64,000 nt of DNA from Macrostomum lignano (lineage: Eukaryota), in the NCBI GenBank assembly GCA_002269645.1, contig NIVC01002869.1, positions 1-64,000 of the forward strand. The letters run 5' to 3'. The number at the start of each line of letters is the position of its first letter. The first letter of the stretch is position 1. The translations under genes were made by a program, and so were the position numbers. Of this stretch, positions 1 through 13,099 are shown one piece after another. The notes under the pieces were generated by a model. That model made no database searches. It saw nothing but the letters and a program-made list of their open reading frames with translations, and was not told the DNA's origin.

Positions 1-324
1 AAAAAACAGATTTCAAGGTGCTTTTGTGGTCACAATGGCGACGGAGCTAGAAGTGGAAAGCCAGACTCGTTATTTTTGTCAGCCCTGCCCAGGTGAGAGC
101 GAGAGACAGCATTAGAAATTAACTCGAAAAAGAAACTGCTTGAGTAAGTCTTCAAAAAATGACGAAATCCAGTCCGATTGTATGTTTAACCTTGTATTGA
201 AGCAATTTTTGTACACCAGAAATATCATACAGTTAATTATGCAGCCAGAGGACGGGAGAGAGGAGACGGTCAGAGGGAATAGAAAGGATAAGAGAAATAG
301 GAGAAAAGGAGAGGCGAAGGAATA

Positions 325-614
<290 letters not shown>

Positions 615-1365
615 CTATAGTGAGGTTTCAAAGGACCCGAGGGCCGAATAGACAGACTTCGCAGGCGGCACGTGGCCGGCCCCTGGTTGACTACGACCTA
701 GTACTTGTAAGACTGGACTTAAGAAAAAAACTCACACAAACAGCTATTTACACCGGTAAGACAACTTCGGCAATAATGAAAACTTTAACAAAAAAACTTG
801 AAATCAACGGAATCAGTTAAAGGATTGTGCAATTTGGGATAAATTGTGAAAATAGGGATTCATGCGAGCTTAGTGCTCTCAGGAACCGAAAATTAATCTG
901 CCTGGTGAAAAAGTGGTCAGAATTCATGTAAAAAATTGAGCTAAATGAACGCGTATAAATGAGTACAATTAAATTCATGCATTTCCGATCTACTATTGAA
1001 ATAACATTTAAAAGTGCATCAGAAATATGTACATCGCGTGACTTTTTCCGGCTAAAACTGAAATTAGTGAGTTATCTGTTGTGGGCTCGCAGCAAAATTG
1101 AACTAAGAGCTTCATTAAGTTTCAACAACACCTGCCTTTCTGATAAGAATCCAATGTGCATAACAAATAACAAGTGACAGGGTCCACAATGCATTGTGCT
1201 TTCAACTTTGTGTTGAGAATTTCGAGTCTGAACTTCTGAAGTTGAAAGTTAAAAAAAATATACGTCATCGCCAGGCTTCGCCACGCAAAATAACACGGTC
1301 TTTGTACAGCATCCTGTAGCTACAGAAATATTCATTGGAAAGTTGCAACAGAACGGAAAGAAAAA

Positions 1366-1671
1366 CTAAAGCTTATGGATGTACATATAGGTGGCCTTGC
1401 GGTGTCCCACAATTTCTCTGTGCCCGATGGCGACCTGCAGGCCGACCGTCTCGCCGGCTGAGAATCGGCGAATCCCGTCAATGGCGCAGCTGGTAAAGTC
1501 CCTGGCGCCGCCCGCTACCGCTGGCTGATGGGCCTGACAGGTAAGCCAGGCGTGGGCGGCTTGCTCCCGGTCAGCCAAACAGTCGTGGTTGCCAAGGCAC
1601 TCCGTCAGCTGTGGCGGGTCGATGCGTACGTGCATGCTGGTGTGGTGCGCTATCTTGTCGTAGAAGGCCAC
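1366..1671 (-). CDS. TNF-like ligand exon 4 (C-terminal TNF homology domain)
   Basis: Acceptor cgctgcag; VAF completes the YxVYxxVxF strand; TSCAIDGIRRFSAGETVGLQV and ATYMYIHKL-stop resemble the terminal TNF strands. Confidence 0.85.
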   Translation of the reverse strand: MAFYDKIAHHTSMHVRIDPPQLTECLGNHDCLADREQAAHAWLTCQAHQPAVAGGARDFTSCAIDGIRRFSAGETVGLQVAIGHREIVGHRKATYMYIHKL

Positions 1672-1771
1672 CTGCAGCGGGGTTGGAGCAGAAATCCACT
1701 CTCTTTTATTAGATTTTGGACGGACTTAAATAGGCTGGAAGTTGACTGCATGTGCGGGTGCTCAAGACGAT

Positions 1772-2135
1772 AGGAAGGAGTGGGGTGGGTGTCTACGAGG
1801 GAAGGAGGTGGGGTGGGTGTCTACGTGGGAAGGAGGTGGGTGTCTAAGGGGGCAGGAGTGGGGTGGGTGTCTAAGGGGGCAGGAGTGGGGTGGGTGTCTA
1901 AGGGGGAAGGAGTGGGGTGGGTGTCTACGGGGGAGGAGTAGGTAGGTGGCTAACGCGAAGGAGTGGGGTGGGTGTCTAAGGGGAAGGAGTGGGGTGAATG
2001 TCTACGGGGGAAGGAGTGGGGTGGGTGTTTAAGGGGGAGGAGTGGGGTGGGTGTTTAAGGGGGGAGGAGTGGGTGGGTGTCTAACGCGAAAGATTGGGGT
2101 GCGTGTCTACGGGGGAAAGAGTGAGGCTGGTGTCT
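1772..2135. repeat. G-rich minisatellite of about 27 bp in TNF intron 3
   Basis: Unit gggggcaggagtggggtgggtgtctaa. Confidence 0.9.
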
Positions 2136-2230
2136 AAGGAGACATGTTGGTAGCTGTCTATGAAGGAGCAAATGAGGTGTCGAAGGCGGATTCAAAAGCT
2201 GAGAGCAATCAGCAGTTGGATAAGACTCAC

Positions 2231-2388
2231 TCTAACATAAACGCGGTACAGGCCATCCCTGGGTATTACAACTCCAAGCCCATTTTTGGCCACGCGAAAG
2301 TCGTTGCCTTTGCAGTTGTCGCTGCCTTTGGCTCCGCCTGACTGTTTGAACGCATCGTCGTGACAGCGCAATGGGCCTATTGGAGCGT
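2231..2388 (-). CDS. TNF-like ligand exon 3
   Basis: Acceptor ccccatttccag, donor gtgagt, 158 nt; NGLGVVIPRDGLYRVYVR matches the TNF-family pattern G-L-x-I-P-x-x-G-x-Y-x-V-Y. Confidence 0.85.
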
Positions 2389-2484
2389 CTGGAAATGGGG
2401 AAAGATGACAATGGTGAATTTTTGAACAATGTTTTGTGAAAACACTAATAGTCAAATTTGAGAATTTCTCAAAGTTTTACTCAC

Positions 2485-2584
2485 TTGAGCAGACGTAGAG
2501 ACTGTTTCTTTTGCATGCAAGCTGGTTGGCTTTTCCATCACAATTCCGGGTGCCGTTTAAATCTATCACCACGGTGATGTGCGG
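2485..2584 (-). CDS. TNF-like ligand exon 2 (PHITVVIDLNGTRNCDGKANQLACKRNSLYVCS)
   Basis: Acceptor ttcattgcag, donor gtgagt, 100 nt, phase 0 to 1; PHITV resembles strand A of the TNF homology domain. Confidence 0.7.
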
Positions 2585-2807
2585 CTGCAATGAACGGAAG
2601 AATGAAACAAGAATTTTGCTTTTTGCAGGATTTAACATTTTGTCTCATTCTGGCCATTCCGCTGACTCCTGAGCACAATACAAGTGTGCCAATACTGTAC
2701 ACAGGACCGCAGTCATGCACACGCTCACACAGGGTGTACAGCGGCCCTGATTTTCTAATCGTCAGGCATGTACACTCTCTGTGCCTTGGGGGCTGGCCCT
2801 CACGCAC

Positions 2808-3035
2808 GTAATCGAACCAGGGTCGCGGTGGGCAACGCTTTACCTTCGAGTCAAGGCGGTACAGCCAGTAAAACACAGCGGCCTGCAGAGCCAGCAGGAA
2901 CAAGAACGGCAGAATCACCCAGGCAACGTGAATCCGCCGGCAGAAAACTCGGCTGGACTTTTTCCTCAGCCTGCCCTGGCCCTGCTCAACCTTCAGGTAG
3001 GCCTTGGTGCAATCGTTGTTGTCTGGCTCTGGCAT
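2808..3035 (-). CDS. TNF-superfamily ligand (type II membrane protein), coding exon 1 of 4; join complement(2808-3035,2485-2584,2231-2388,1366-1671) = 792 nt, 263 aa
   Basis: ATG at 3035; basic cytoplasmic segment then hydrophobic TM IHVAWVILPFLFLLALQAAVFYWLY; ends WFDY at donor gtgcgt (phase 0). An acceptor just upstream (ctcacag) means the N-terminus could be longer. Confidence 0.75.
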
Positions 3036-3487
3036 TGCGACTCCGCCCGGATAGAGGCTTGCACTGCCGCTGCTGTGAGTAGTATTTTAAACTGTCTGTT
3101 TTATTTGACCCACTGTCAAGACAGCATTGCGCTTATTTATATACGAATGAATGCACAGCAGTCCTATTGGAAATGTATTTACCCGCAGATCCGTCCGTCT
3201 TTGCCCGCGTGTCGGCAGCCGAAACCCGCGGGGTCCAATCCAGGCCAGGCCCATTGTGTCATGCGCTTTCGGTGCTTTCCCGGCACCCCCTCCCCAAGAT
3301 TAGTCCAGCCCTCACCCTCTCCCTCTCCCTCTCTCTCTCTATTGCTACTGCTGAAAAGAAGAAGCGAGCGAGAGACAGAATAGAGAGAGAGAGAGTGGAC
3401 AGCTTAAACTTGATTGGCGCAAAAAAATAGCAACATCCGCAGGCGCGCTCTGGGCCACGGAGACCCAGAAAAAGAGCTCTGGAGTCA

Positions 3488-3790
3488 CAAAATAATAATA
3501 ACTGATTACACCGGCCCTAATGGGCAGATGTGCAACCGACAGCTCAGCCGCAGCTATTGCGCGGCGCATCTGAAGGCTGCGTACGGCTGTTCAGTGCAAG
3601 GACTGGGTGGGGAGACGCCAAGCACCCTCAATTACCCCAGCTAATGCTGGCATCAATTTTACAGCTGGGTGAACTGAAGCAATGCAGAGTTTTGTGTCAA
3701 GTGCTCAAGGACACAAATTGTTCCGAGTGGGTCAAGAATCGAACCCCCCCCCCCATTGTCGAGTTGTGAGTCTGATGCTTTAAGCAGCAG
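3488..3790 (-). mobile_element. tRNA-derived SINE, copy 1
   Basis: About 250 bp closely similar to 35729-35992; B-box-like ggttcgattc; central ccttgagcacttgac...cagctgtaaaa segment; (TTA)n-like tail near 3488-3502. Confidence 0.75.
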
Positions 3791-4348
3791 GCTAAAAACC
3801 CCCGTGAGCAATGATCTATTGTGCTTGATCTGGAGTTGCCCCTGCCCCCCCCCCCCCACATTCAGACAGGTAGGCTGAGCGCACACCTAAAGTTTCGAAA
3901 TGCGCCTGACCACCCGCGTTGGTTCGATTCCGTGTGCAAACACATTCCCTCAAGGCACAGAAAGTGTACACGGCTTTTCATCGACTGCCTTCTGGCTGAC
4001 TCCGGCGCATCGTGTTCAACCAAACCGAAGCATAGCAACGATATGAGATGTTCAAGCTTGAGATCTCCTTTAGCTCGTCCCCCAGAGCTCTCAACACATG
4101 AATGCATTTCATAATTACAAACGGTGAATGAATCAACGAAGAAAACAAAGCTACTAAATTTTATATTTCAGTCTGATGTTGAATTCCTACCGCTGCCTAC
4201 GTGCAGATCCTCGGGACTTGGCTTACAGATCTGGATTTTTATGCATGTACGAATATATATATGCTGAATCTTTATATTTATGATTTATATCGATTGAAAT
4301 CAAAATATTAAAGTAGCTCGTACAGCTGGTAAAACAAGTAAAATAGAT

Positions 4349-5259
4349 TTTGGAATCAATCCCTCAGGCTTCTTATCTGTGGGATCAATCCCTCAGGCTT
4401 CTTATCTGTGGGATCAATCCCTCAGGCTCCCTATCTGTGGGATCAATCCCTCAGGCTCCCTATCTGTGGGATCAATCACTCAGGCTTCCGATCTATGGGA
4501 TCCATCCCTCAGGCTCCCTATCTGTGGGATCAATCCCTCAGGCTCCCTATCTGTGGGATCAATCCCTCAGGCTCCCTATCTGTGGGATCAATCCCTCAGG
4601 CTCCCTATCTGTGGGATCAATCCCTCAGGCTTCCTATCTATGGGATCAATCCCTCAGGCTCCCTATCTGTGGGATCAATCCCTCAGGCTCCCTATCTGTG
4701 GGATCTATCCCTCAGACTCCCTATCTGTGGGATCAATCCCTCAGGCTTCCTATCTATGGGATCAATCCCTCAGGCTCCCTATCTGTGGGATCAATCCCTC
4801 AGGCTCCCTATCTGTGGGATCAATCCCTCAGGCTCCCTATCTGTGGGATCAATCCCTCAGGCTCCCTATCTATGGGATCAATCCCTCAGGCTTCCTATCT
4901 ATGGAATCAATACCTCAGGCTTCCTATCTGTGGGATCAATCCCTCAGGCTCCCTATCTGTGGGATCAATCCCTCAGGCTCCCTATCTGTGGGATCAATCC
5001 CTCAGGCTCCCTATCTGTGGGATCAATCCCTCAGGCTTCCTATCTATGGAATCAATCCCTCAGGCTCCCTATCTGTGGGATCAATCCCTCAGGCTTCCTA
5101 TCTATGGAATCAATACCTCAGGCTTCCTATCTATGGAATCAATACCTCAGGCTTCTTATCTGTGGGATCAATCCCTCAGGCTTCTTATCCGTGGGATCAA
5201 TCCCTCAGGCTCCCTATCTATGGGATCAATCCCTCAGGCTCCCTATCTGTGGGATCAAT
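4349..5259. repeat. 29-bp minisatellite, about 31 copies
   Basis: Unit gggatcaatccctcaggctccctatctgt. Confidence 0.95.
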
Positions 5260-5787
5260 ATTAGGTGCACTTAGACACTGCTTGAGTCGAAAACCCATGC
5301 TTTATAAAATACCTTCCCGTTTAAACAATCTGAAACCAAACCACACTCGTAGGTTGCGGTGCATAAGCAAAGTTTGCAGCCTGTCAGAAAGATAAAACAG
5401 CTACGAGTTATCCAAAAACATCCGGAAAAATTTTAGTTTACAAAAATAGCCTCGATTCTGCAGCATTTAAGGCATGTTTCATCTCCATCCTGCTTTTTTA
5501 GCACGGGCTGTGATAACTTTGGATCATAAGAGCCACCCCAGCAACAAGTGAATAGTGCATAGGTGAATGCAGCGCAATGGTCTTATCAGATTTCCGGACA
5601 ATAACAGAGCAACTAAATTTAGCATTCTTGATTTTAACTTTGATAGCTCGTAAGTTCTGTGGTCTGAAACGCGAGCCATAAATGGCGCAGTTATATTGAA
5701 CTTCTGTAACTTTCTCATTACCTGGTAAACACGTGGCACAAATTTAATTTTAACAAGTGTATTGAACACCTTTCTAAAATTATGTAT

Positions 5788-6803
5788 TAGCCCGCTATCA
5801 CACAGGTCATAAACAATAGCCCGCTATCACACACAGGCCATAGACAGTAGCCCGCTATCACACAGGTCATAAACAATAGCCCGCTATCACACACAGGTCA
5901 TAGACAATAGCCCGCTATCACACACAGGCCATAGACAGTAGCCCGCTATCACACACAGGTCATAAACAATAGTCCGCTATCACACACAGGTCATAGACAA
6001 TAGACCGCTATCACACACAGGTCATAAACAATAGACCGCTATCAAACACAGGTCATAAACAATAGCCCGCTATCACACACAGGTTATAAACAATAGCCCG
6101 ATATCACACACAGGTCATAGACAATAGCCCGCTATCACACACAGGTCATAGACAATAGCCCGCTATCACACACAGGTCATAAACAATAGCCCGCTATCAC
6201 ACACAGGTCATAAACAATAGCCCGCTATCACACACAGGTCATAAACAATAGCCCGCTATCACACACAGGCCATAGACAGTAGCCCGCTATCACACAGGTC
6301 ATAAACAATAGCCCGCTATCACACACAGGTCATAGACAATAGCCCGCTATCACACACAGGCCATAGACAGTAGCCCGCTATCACACACAGGTCATAAACA
6401 ATAGTCCGCTATCACACACAGGTCATAGACAATAGACCGCTATCACACACAGGTCATAAACAATAGACCGCTATCAAACACAGGTCATAAACAATAGCCC
6501 GCTATCACACACAGGTTATAAACAATAGCCCGATATCACACACAGGTCATAGACAATAGCCCGCTATCACACACAGGTCATAGACAATAGCCCGCTATCA
6601 CACACAGGTCATAGACAATGGCCCGCTATCACACACAGGTCATAAACAATAGCCCGCTATCACACACAGGTCATAAACAATAGCCCGCTATCACACACAG
6701 GTCATAAACAATAGCCCGCTATCACACACAGGTCATAAACAATAGCCCGCTATCACACACAGGTCATAGACAATAGCCCGCTATCACACAAAGGTCATAG
6801 ACA
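5788..6803. repeat. Minisatellite of about 31-32 bp
   Basis: Unit tagcccgctatcacacacaggtcataaacaa. Confidence 0.95.
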
Positions 6804-7193
6804 ATCCTCGTAGCTCACAAAAAACTAAAATTGAACGAAAAACTTCATTTTTAAAACAATTGCGTCATTTAACTGCAGAGACAGTTGTTATGTGTATTAG
6901 AATTTAATTGGTCACTTTAGCGACAAAAATACAGTAACGTTGGCAAACATTAGCAATTTACAAGCAACCGCACAAATCGGTACAATGTTTTATTAAACAA
7001 TGCATTAATGCTTTGAATTCACTAAACAGAAAAATGCACAAGAGAAGTCACATTCCCTCCACAGTACACTACTAGTAGTAGCTAAAAACGGAGAAGTGAT
7101 TTTCTGTTGATTACGCCTTCAAGTTTTGCTAAAAATCCAAAATGCAACCAGGACCACTTTGACAACGGAAATAAAATAAACCATTTCTTATAA

Positions 7194-7346
7194 TCAGTTT
7201 GAGCCGCAGGCGAAGATGGACGGGAAAGCCTGCTGCTTGCTCACAACCAGCTTCTGCTGCTGGTAGGCAATGTAGCCGCGAATCTTGCCTTCATAGATGA
7301 GATTGGCCACGATGCACTGGGTCAGCTCCGCGTCAGCGTCCTCTTC
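7194..7346 (-). CDS. PCID2: PCID2 last exon
   Basis: QCIVANLIYEGKIRGYIAYQQQKLVVSKQQAFP winged-helix end, then stop; acceptor cgctgcag. Confidence 0.95.
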   Translation of the reverse strand, partial: EEDADAELTQCIVANLIYEGKIRGYIAYQQQKLVVSKQQAFPSIFACGSN

Positions 7347-7374
7347 CTGCAGCGTTGAAGCAGAATGAGCATTA

Positions 7375-8057
7375 CTGTCCGCCTGTCTGCATCTGTCCGC
7401 CTGTCTGCATCTGTCTGTCTGCATCTGTCTGTCTGTCTGCATCTGTCTGTCTGTCTGCATCTGTCCGCCTGTCTGCATCTGTCCGCCTGTCTGCATCTGT
7501 CCGCCTGTCTGCATCTGTCCGCCTGTCTGCATCTGTCCGCCTGTCTGCATCTGTCTGCATCTGTCCGCCTGTCCGCATCTGTCCACCTGTCTGCATCTGT
7601 CCGCCTGTCTGCATCTGTCCTGTCCGCCTGTCTGCATCTGTCCTGTCCACCTGTCTGCATCTGTCCACCTGTCTGCATCTGTCCGCCTGTCTGCATCTGT
7701 CTGCCTGTCTGCATCTGTCCGCCTGTCTGCATCTGTCTGCCTGTCTGCATCTGTCTGCCTGTCTGCATCTGTCCGCCTGTCTGCATCTGTCCTGTCCACC
7801 TGTCTGCATCTGTCCTGTCCACCTGTCTGCATCTGTCCGCCTGTCTGCATCTGTCCGCCTGTCTGCATCTGTCTGCCTGTCTGCATCTGTCTGCCTGTCT
7901 GCATCTGTCTGCCTGTCTGCATCTGTCTGCCTGTCTGCATCTGTCCGCCTGTCTGCATCTGTCCTGTCCACCTGTCTGCATCTGTCCTGTCCACCTGTCT
8001 GCATCTGTCCGCCTGTCTGCATCTGTCCGCCTGTCTGCATCTGTCCACCTGTCTGCA

Positions 8058-8088
<31 letters not shown>

Positions 8089-8101
8089 GCATCTGTCCGC
8101 C

Positions 8102-8136
<35 letters not shown>

Positions 8137-8169
8137 ATGCATATGTCTGTCTATCTATCTATCTATCTG

Positions 8170-8212
<43 letters not shown>
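7375..8212. repeat. TGTC-derived 18-20-bp minisatellite grading into (TGTC)n and (TATC)n
   Basis: Unit ctgtctgcatctgtccgc; fills the last PCID2 intron. Confidence 0.95.
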
Positions 8213-8333
8213 GTCATGGGCAATAGTGCGTCTCGCCGGTTGCGTGACAATGTCGCTTAAAGTGCGCCAGGGTGCACATGGCTCCCGTCTCTAATAAAAA
8301 ATCTATATTCCCGCACAGTGCAGCATGGCTCAC

Positions 8334-8526
8334 CTGTAGAAACTGCAGAGCAGCCGTGAATGCAGCGATGTCGAGCTGAAAGCTGCCCAAGATGAGGAAA
8401 ACCTTCTTAAACAGATTCCTATACGTGATCATGCGCAGCTTCTCCAGTATCAGGTAGATTCCGCAGCTGATGAAAAACTGCTCGTTGCGCTCCAGTTCCT
8501 GCTTCAACTGCAGGACGTTGCCGCTC
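8334..8526 (-). CDS. PCID2: PCID2 exon
   Basis: FFISCGIYLILEKLRMITYRNLFKKVFL (PCI domain); acceptor atcaaacag, donor gtgagc; 193 nt. Confidence 0.95.
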
Positions 8527-8611
8527 CTGTTTGATGAGGCAAAAACAAAGAAAACTTGACTCATTAATAAAGCACTGTTTAATCTGCCAATGCCATCACA
8601 CGGTGCAAACA

Positions 8612-9258
<647 letters not shown>

Positions 9259-9682
9259 CTGACAGCCGTGGCGATGCCGCTGAACTGCAGCAGGCTATAC
9301 TTGCGCAGCAGTTGCTGCCTGGGCAGGGAGCCGAGCAGCATTCGCACCGGGATCAGGTAGATCAGAATCTGCCTCTTGTTGCTATGCGCCCGTCTATGGC
9401 AGCGGCGAAATGCAAAGCTGAGAAATTTCTGCGCGTCCTGAAAATTGTCCTCAAAGATGGCCTTCCTGCCAGTGTAATAGTTGTAGGTGATGGCCTGGGC
9501 CAGGCTGAAGCGGTCCTTGGGCCAGCCCAGATTGTCAATGGCGCGGACCATGGGCTTGCACAGGTTGAGCTTGTTGATGCGAAAGTAGATCTTGAACAGC
9601 TGGTTGCACAGGCCCATCATGCCCCACTTCTTGGATTTGTCCATTGTGGCCCGGGAATCGCTGGCGCACACGCGGAACAGGC
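9259..9682 (-). CDS. PCID2: PCID2 exon
   Basis: [49 protein letters not shown] and [17 protein letters not shown] are near-identical to PCID2; acceptor tttaccag, donor gtctgt. Confidence 0.95.
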
Positions 9683-9744
9683 CTGGTAAATGGCATGGAA
9701 ACTGTGGTCATTGCGACAGAATTTAATATACATAGAACTACATC

Positions 9745-9945
9745 TATAGATTGAATCCCACACTCATCTACCGACTGAACCCCACACCCATCTACAGACT
9801 GAACCCACACCCATCTACAGACTGAACCCACACCCATCTACAGACTGAACCCCACACCCATCTACAGACTGAACCCACACCCATCTACAGACTGAACCCC
9901 ACATCCATCTACAGACTGAACCCCACACGGCCCATCTACAGACTA
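9745..9945. repeat. Minisatellite of about 23-24 bp
   Basis: Unit catctacagactgaacccacacc, in a PCID2 intron. Confidence 0.9.
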
Positions 9946-9982
9946 AATCGCCAACTCAAATCTATAGAGCCAAGCGCCTCAC

Positions 9983-10334
9983 CCATGATGGAGTCGGCCG
10001 CTTTCTCCAGATGCTCGTGCGGCTTCTTGCCATAACCGGCGGCTGCGCAGCGACAGGCGAGCCGGCGCAAGTCGACAGCCAGAGTCAGCATGACCGGCAG
10101 CGGCCAGTTCTCGCTCTCCATGGCCTGAAAAGCCCGTGAGAACGCCTGCACAATGATGGTCTGACAGTCGAAGGCTTCGTCGAAAGCGCCGCGGCGTCGG
10201 GACCAAGCGGTTCTTAGATGGGTGGCCACCACCTCCTGCCAGGGCGGGTTAACCCGACCGGACACCTCTAATTCGGGATTCTCAACGCACAGCCGGTCAT
10301 TTTCGGCGTGTTGATGACTCAGACTGAGCAGGCT
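9983..10334 (-). CDS. PCID2: PCID2 exon
   Basis: Acceptor cattacgcag, donor gtgagg; QTIIVQAFSRAFQ, ENWPLPVM and LEKAADSIM match PCID2. Confidence 0.92.
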
Positions 10335-10386
10335 CTGCGTAATGAGAAATTTATTTTTAGCTTAAACCAGCAGTTCAGCTTAAATA

Positions 10387-10800
10387 GACTAATCTATAGG
10401 CCGTATCTATAGACTAATCTATAGGCCGTATCTATAGACTAATCTATAACCTGTTTACTAAAAATCGATCTATAGCCTGTTTACTAGACTAATCTATAGA
10501 CTGTATGCTATAGACTAATATATAGGCTGTATCTATAGACTAATCTATAGGCTGTATCTATAGACTAATCTATAGGCTGTATGCTATAGACTAATATATA
10601 GGCTGTATCTATAGACTAATCTATAGGCTGTATCTATAGACTAATCTATAGGCTATATCTATAGGCTGTATCTATAGACTAATCTATAGGCTATATCTAT
10701 AGGCTGTATCTATAGACTAATCTATAGACTAATCTATAGGCTGTATCTATAGACTAATCTATAGGCTGTGTACTAAAGACTAATCTTTAGACTATAGACA
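10387..10800. repeat. Palindromic minisatellite of about 26 bp
   Basis: Unit tatagactaatctataggctgtatc. Confidence 0.9.
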
Positions 10801-10990
10801 AATCAAAACAATATAATTTTGATTTCACAATAACACTTATAGCATGATAATTTTATTATAACAGTTAAAAGCCTTTATTAATTTTTCCCAGTAAGATGCC
10901 TAAAAAAACTACATCTTCTTGTAGACTTTTATATCAGAAATATTAATAAAGCCCCTAAGCCATACCTACATAAGACAGAATGACACTTAC

Positions 10991-11032
10991 TGCAAGAGTC
11001 CTTCCATCACGTCTTTGAGCAGCTCTTTCAAT
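10991..11032 (-). CDS. PCID2: PCID2 (PCI domain protein 2, TREX-2 subunit), most 5-prime coding exon found; join complement(10991-11032,9983-10334,9259-9682,8334-8526,7194-7346) = 387 aa, lacking about 12 N-terminal residues
   Basis: tttttttag/ IERAAQRRDGRTLA /gtaagt; resembles VYEAIDSRDGASCA of human PCID2 (recalled sequence). Confidence 0.75.
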
Positions 11033-13099
11033 CTAAAAAAAAAATTTGTTGGTGCACATTTCAGTTCTCATACATAGGAATGTGTATATATTTTGAATGT
11101 TCTATTATACATTAGCAACATTGGTAGCAAATGAAAAGCATTCTAATAAAAAGCCTTACATTAATATATAGTAAAAATTAGTATTATTAGTTAAACCTAA
11201 CCAAAATCGAAGCTTTTATAAATGATAATAGGAAGTTTGGCATTGTAAACATGCCATGAAAGTGACTGCTAGCCAAAAGCAAGCCTCCCACATCTCACTA
11301 ACACATTTAACACTAACTTTTCCTAATATATATATATGTATTGATTAGGCCTAGCTCAAGTATTTTTCAATTAATTAATTAAATATGTTTGAAAGGAAAC
11401 TAATTTGATTAATCAAGGATTTAGGATCTAATGACCAAAAATTTTGATTGTAAGAAAAAAATCTTAAATGCAAGATCTAAAAAATTAAAAAATTCTGACT
11501 TATGATAATTTAATACCTAAAACTGGAAAATTTTGAACAAAAATGTGCCAGGTAGTAAGAAAGAGTTTTACCTTTGTACCCAAATTTAATCAATTTGGAT
11601 AAGCACTAAACTATATAAGCCAAAATTCAATGAAACACAATTTTTGTACTTGTAATGCTACTATTTTTTAATGACATTACTAAATTAAGGTGTAATAAAA
11701 TTTAAAAAATGTTGACAATAAAGACTTTAAACTGAAAAATTTTGCATATATATTGCAATTTTTTAAGTATTTTTTTATTTTCAATAATAGTTTGACTGAT
11801 TTTTTTAATTTATATATGCATTTTCTTAAATTATAAAATATATATCAAATTTTATATTTGATATGCTGCATTTAGCCTCTACTATGCTGCACCACTATGA
11901 TGTAACTGCACTGTCTAAACTGCATGCATTGTGATATTAACCTGAGAAGGCTCTAGAAATGCACTAGAACTTTCTAAGCATAAGGATATCATCCTAAGTA
12001 TGGATCACACATGCCATATATGTTACAAAACTTTTATTTTATATAGTTAATATAGTACATATAGTATAATATAGTATAGCTATAATTTTATGTTTATAAA
12101 TAGTATAATCTACTCTTAGAAAATGTATACTTTAAATTTCTATTAGCTTTATTTAACTGTTGTGTTTTTCAATAATATTTTATAAATAATATTTGTTTTA
12201 AATTGTGTCTTGATTATTATAAATCAAAGGCCAAAAGGACAAGCCAAGGAACAACAACTTGCACTTTATTTACCACTTCCCACTCACAATTTGCTGCTTA
12301 CTTGCTACTCACTTAAAAATGAAAGTTTTAATATTGCTTCCAGCTTTAGAAAGTTTTCAATCAAATTGTTTTGGCAGCTTTTGAACAGACTTATTCATTT
12401 CCATAAGACTATAAGCCCCAAAGTATTGGGAAAATTAAGAACCATTTAGAAATGAGACATACCTCAACAGTCTAAGGTAAAATTGCCTTAGAACAGAATA
12501 GACCCCTTGAAAGAGCCATGACCCTCTGACCCTAAGAATGCCTAAACTGAGAGAAATCCCTTTATAGGAATAAATAGAACATAGGAATAGGGTAGACAAT
12601 GCCAAATAACTAGTCAAGCCAGTAAATAGTATATATACTAGTAGTAAATAAGGTTATGTATTAATAGGAATATTTAAAGACACTGTCTAAGCTATTAGCT
12701 ATATACAAAGAATGAATAAGTAATAAGATAAATATTGGTAAAGTTACAATATATAGTTGTAACTTTTGATAAAACTAATAGAACAAAATGATTATAGTAG
12801 CAAATTGCAAAAGGAAAAAGCCACTTTCTAGAGACACCTAATTTGTAATGATTGATTGCATTGTTTATGAGCAGTATCCAAAAGTAAACATACATGCGCA
12901 ACTGCTGGCCGACCTGGCCGATCCGGCCACCGTAAATCGTGGCTGACCAGGGGTAAGTCGCAAAATTGAGTCAACCAAAAACAGAAAAACACAAGAACCA
13001 AGAAAGGCAAGAGGAAAGCGAAAGAAAGAGCAGTTCAGGGAAAATAATGAAGCAAAAGAAAAACAATTCGCAAAAGAAGCAAACTAAGTTGTAAAAATA

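Noticed and set aside
4350-5395. Overlapping ORFs of about 300 aa in three frames (likewise at 7.2-8.3, 39.2-40.4, 41.7-43.3, 49.6-51.1, 52.9-54.0 and 55.7-56.8 kb)
   Set aside because: Several frames are open at once because the tandem unit lacks stops; these are repeat artefacts.
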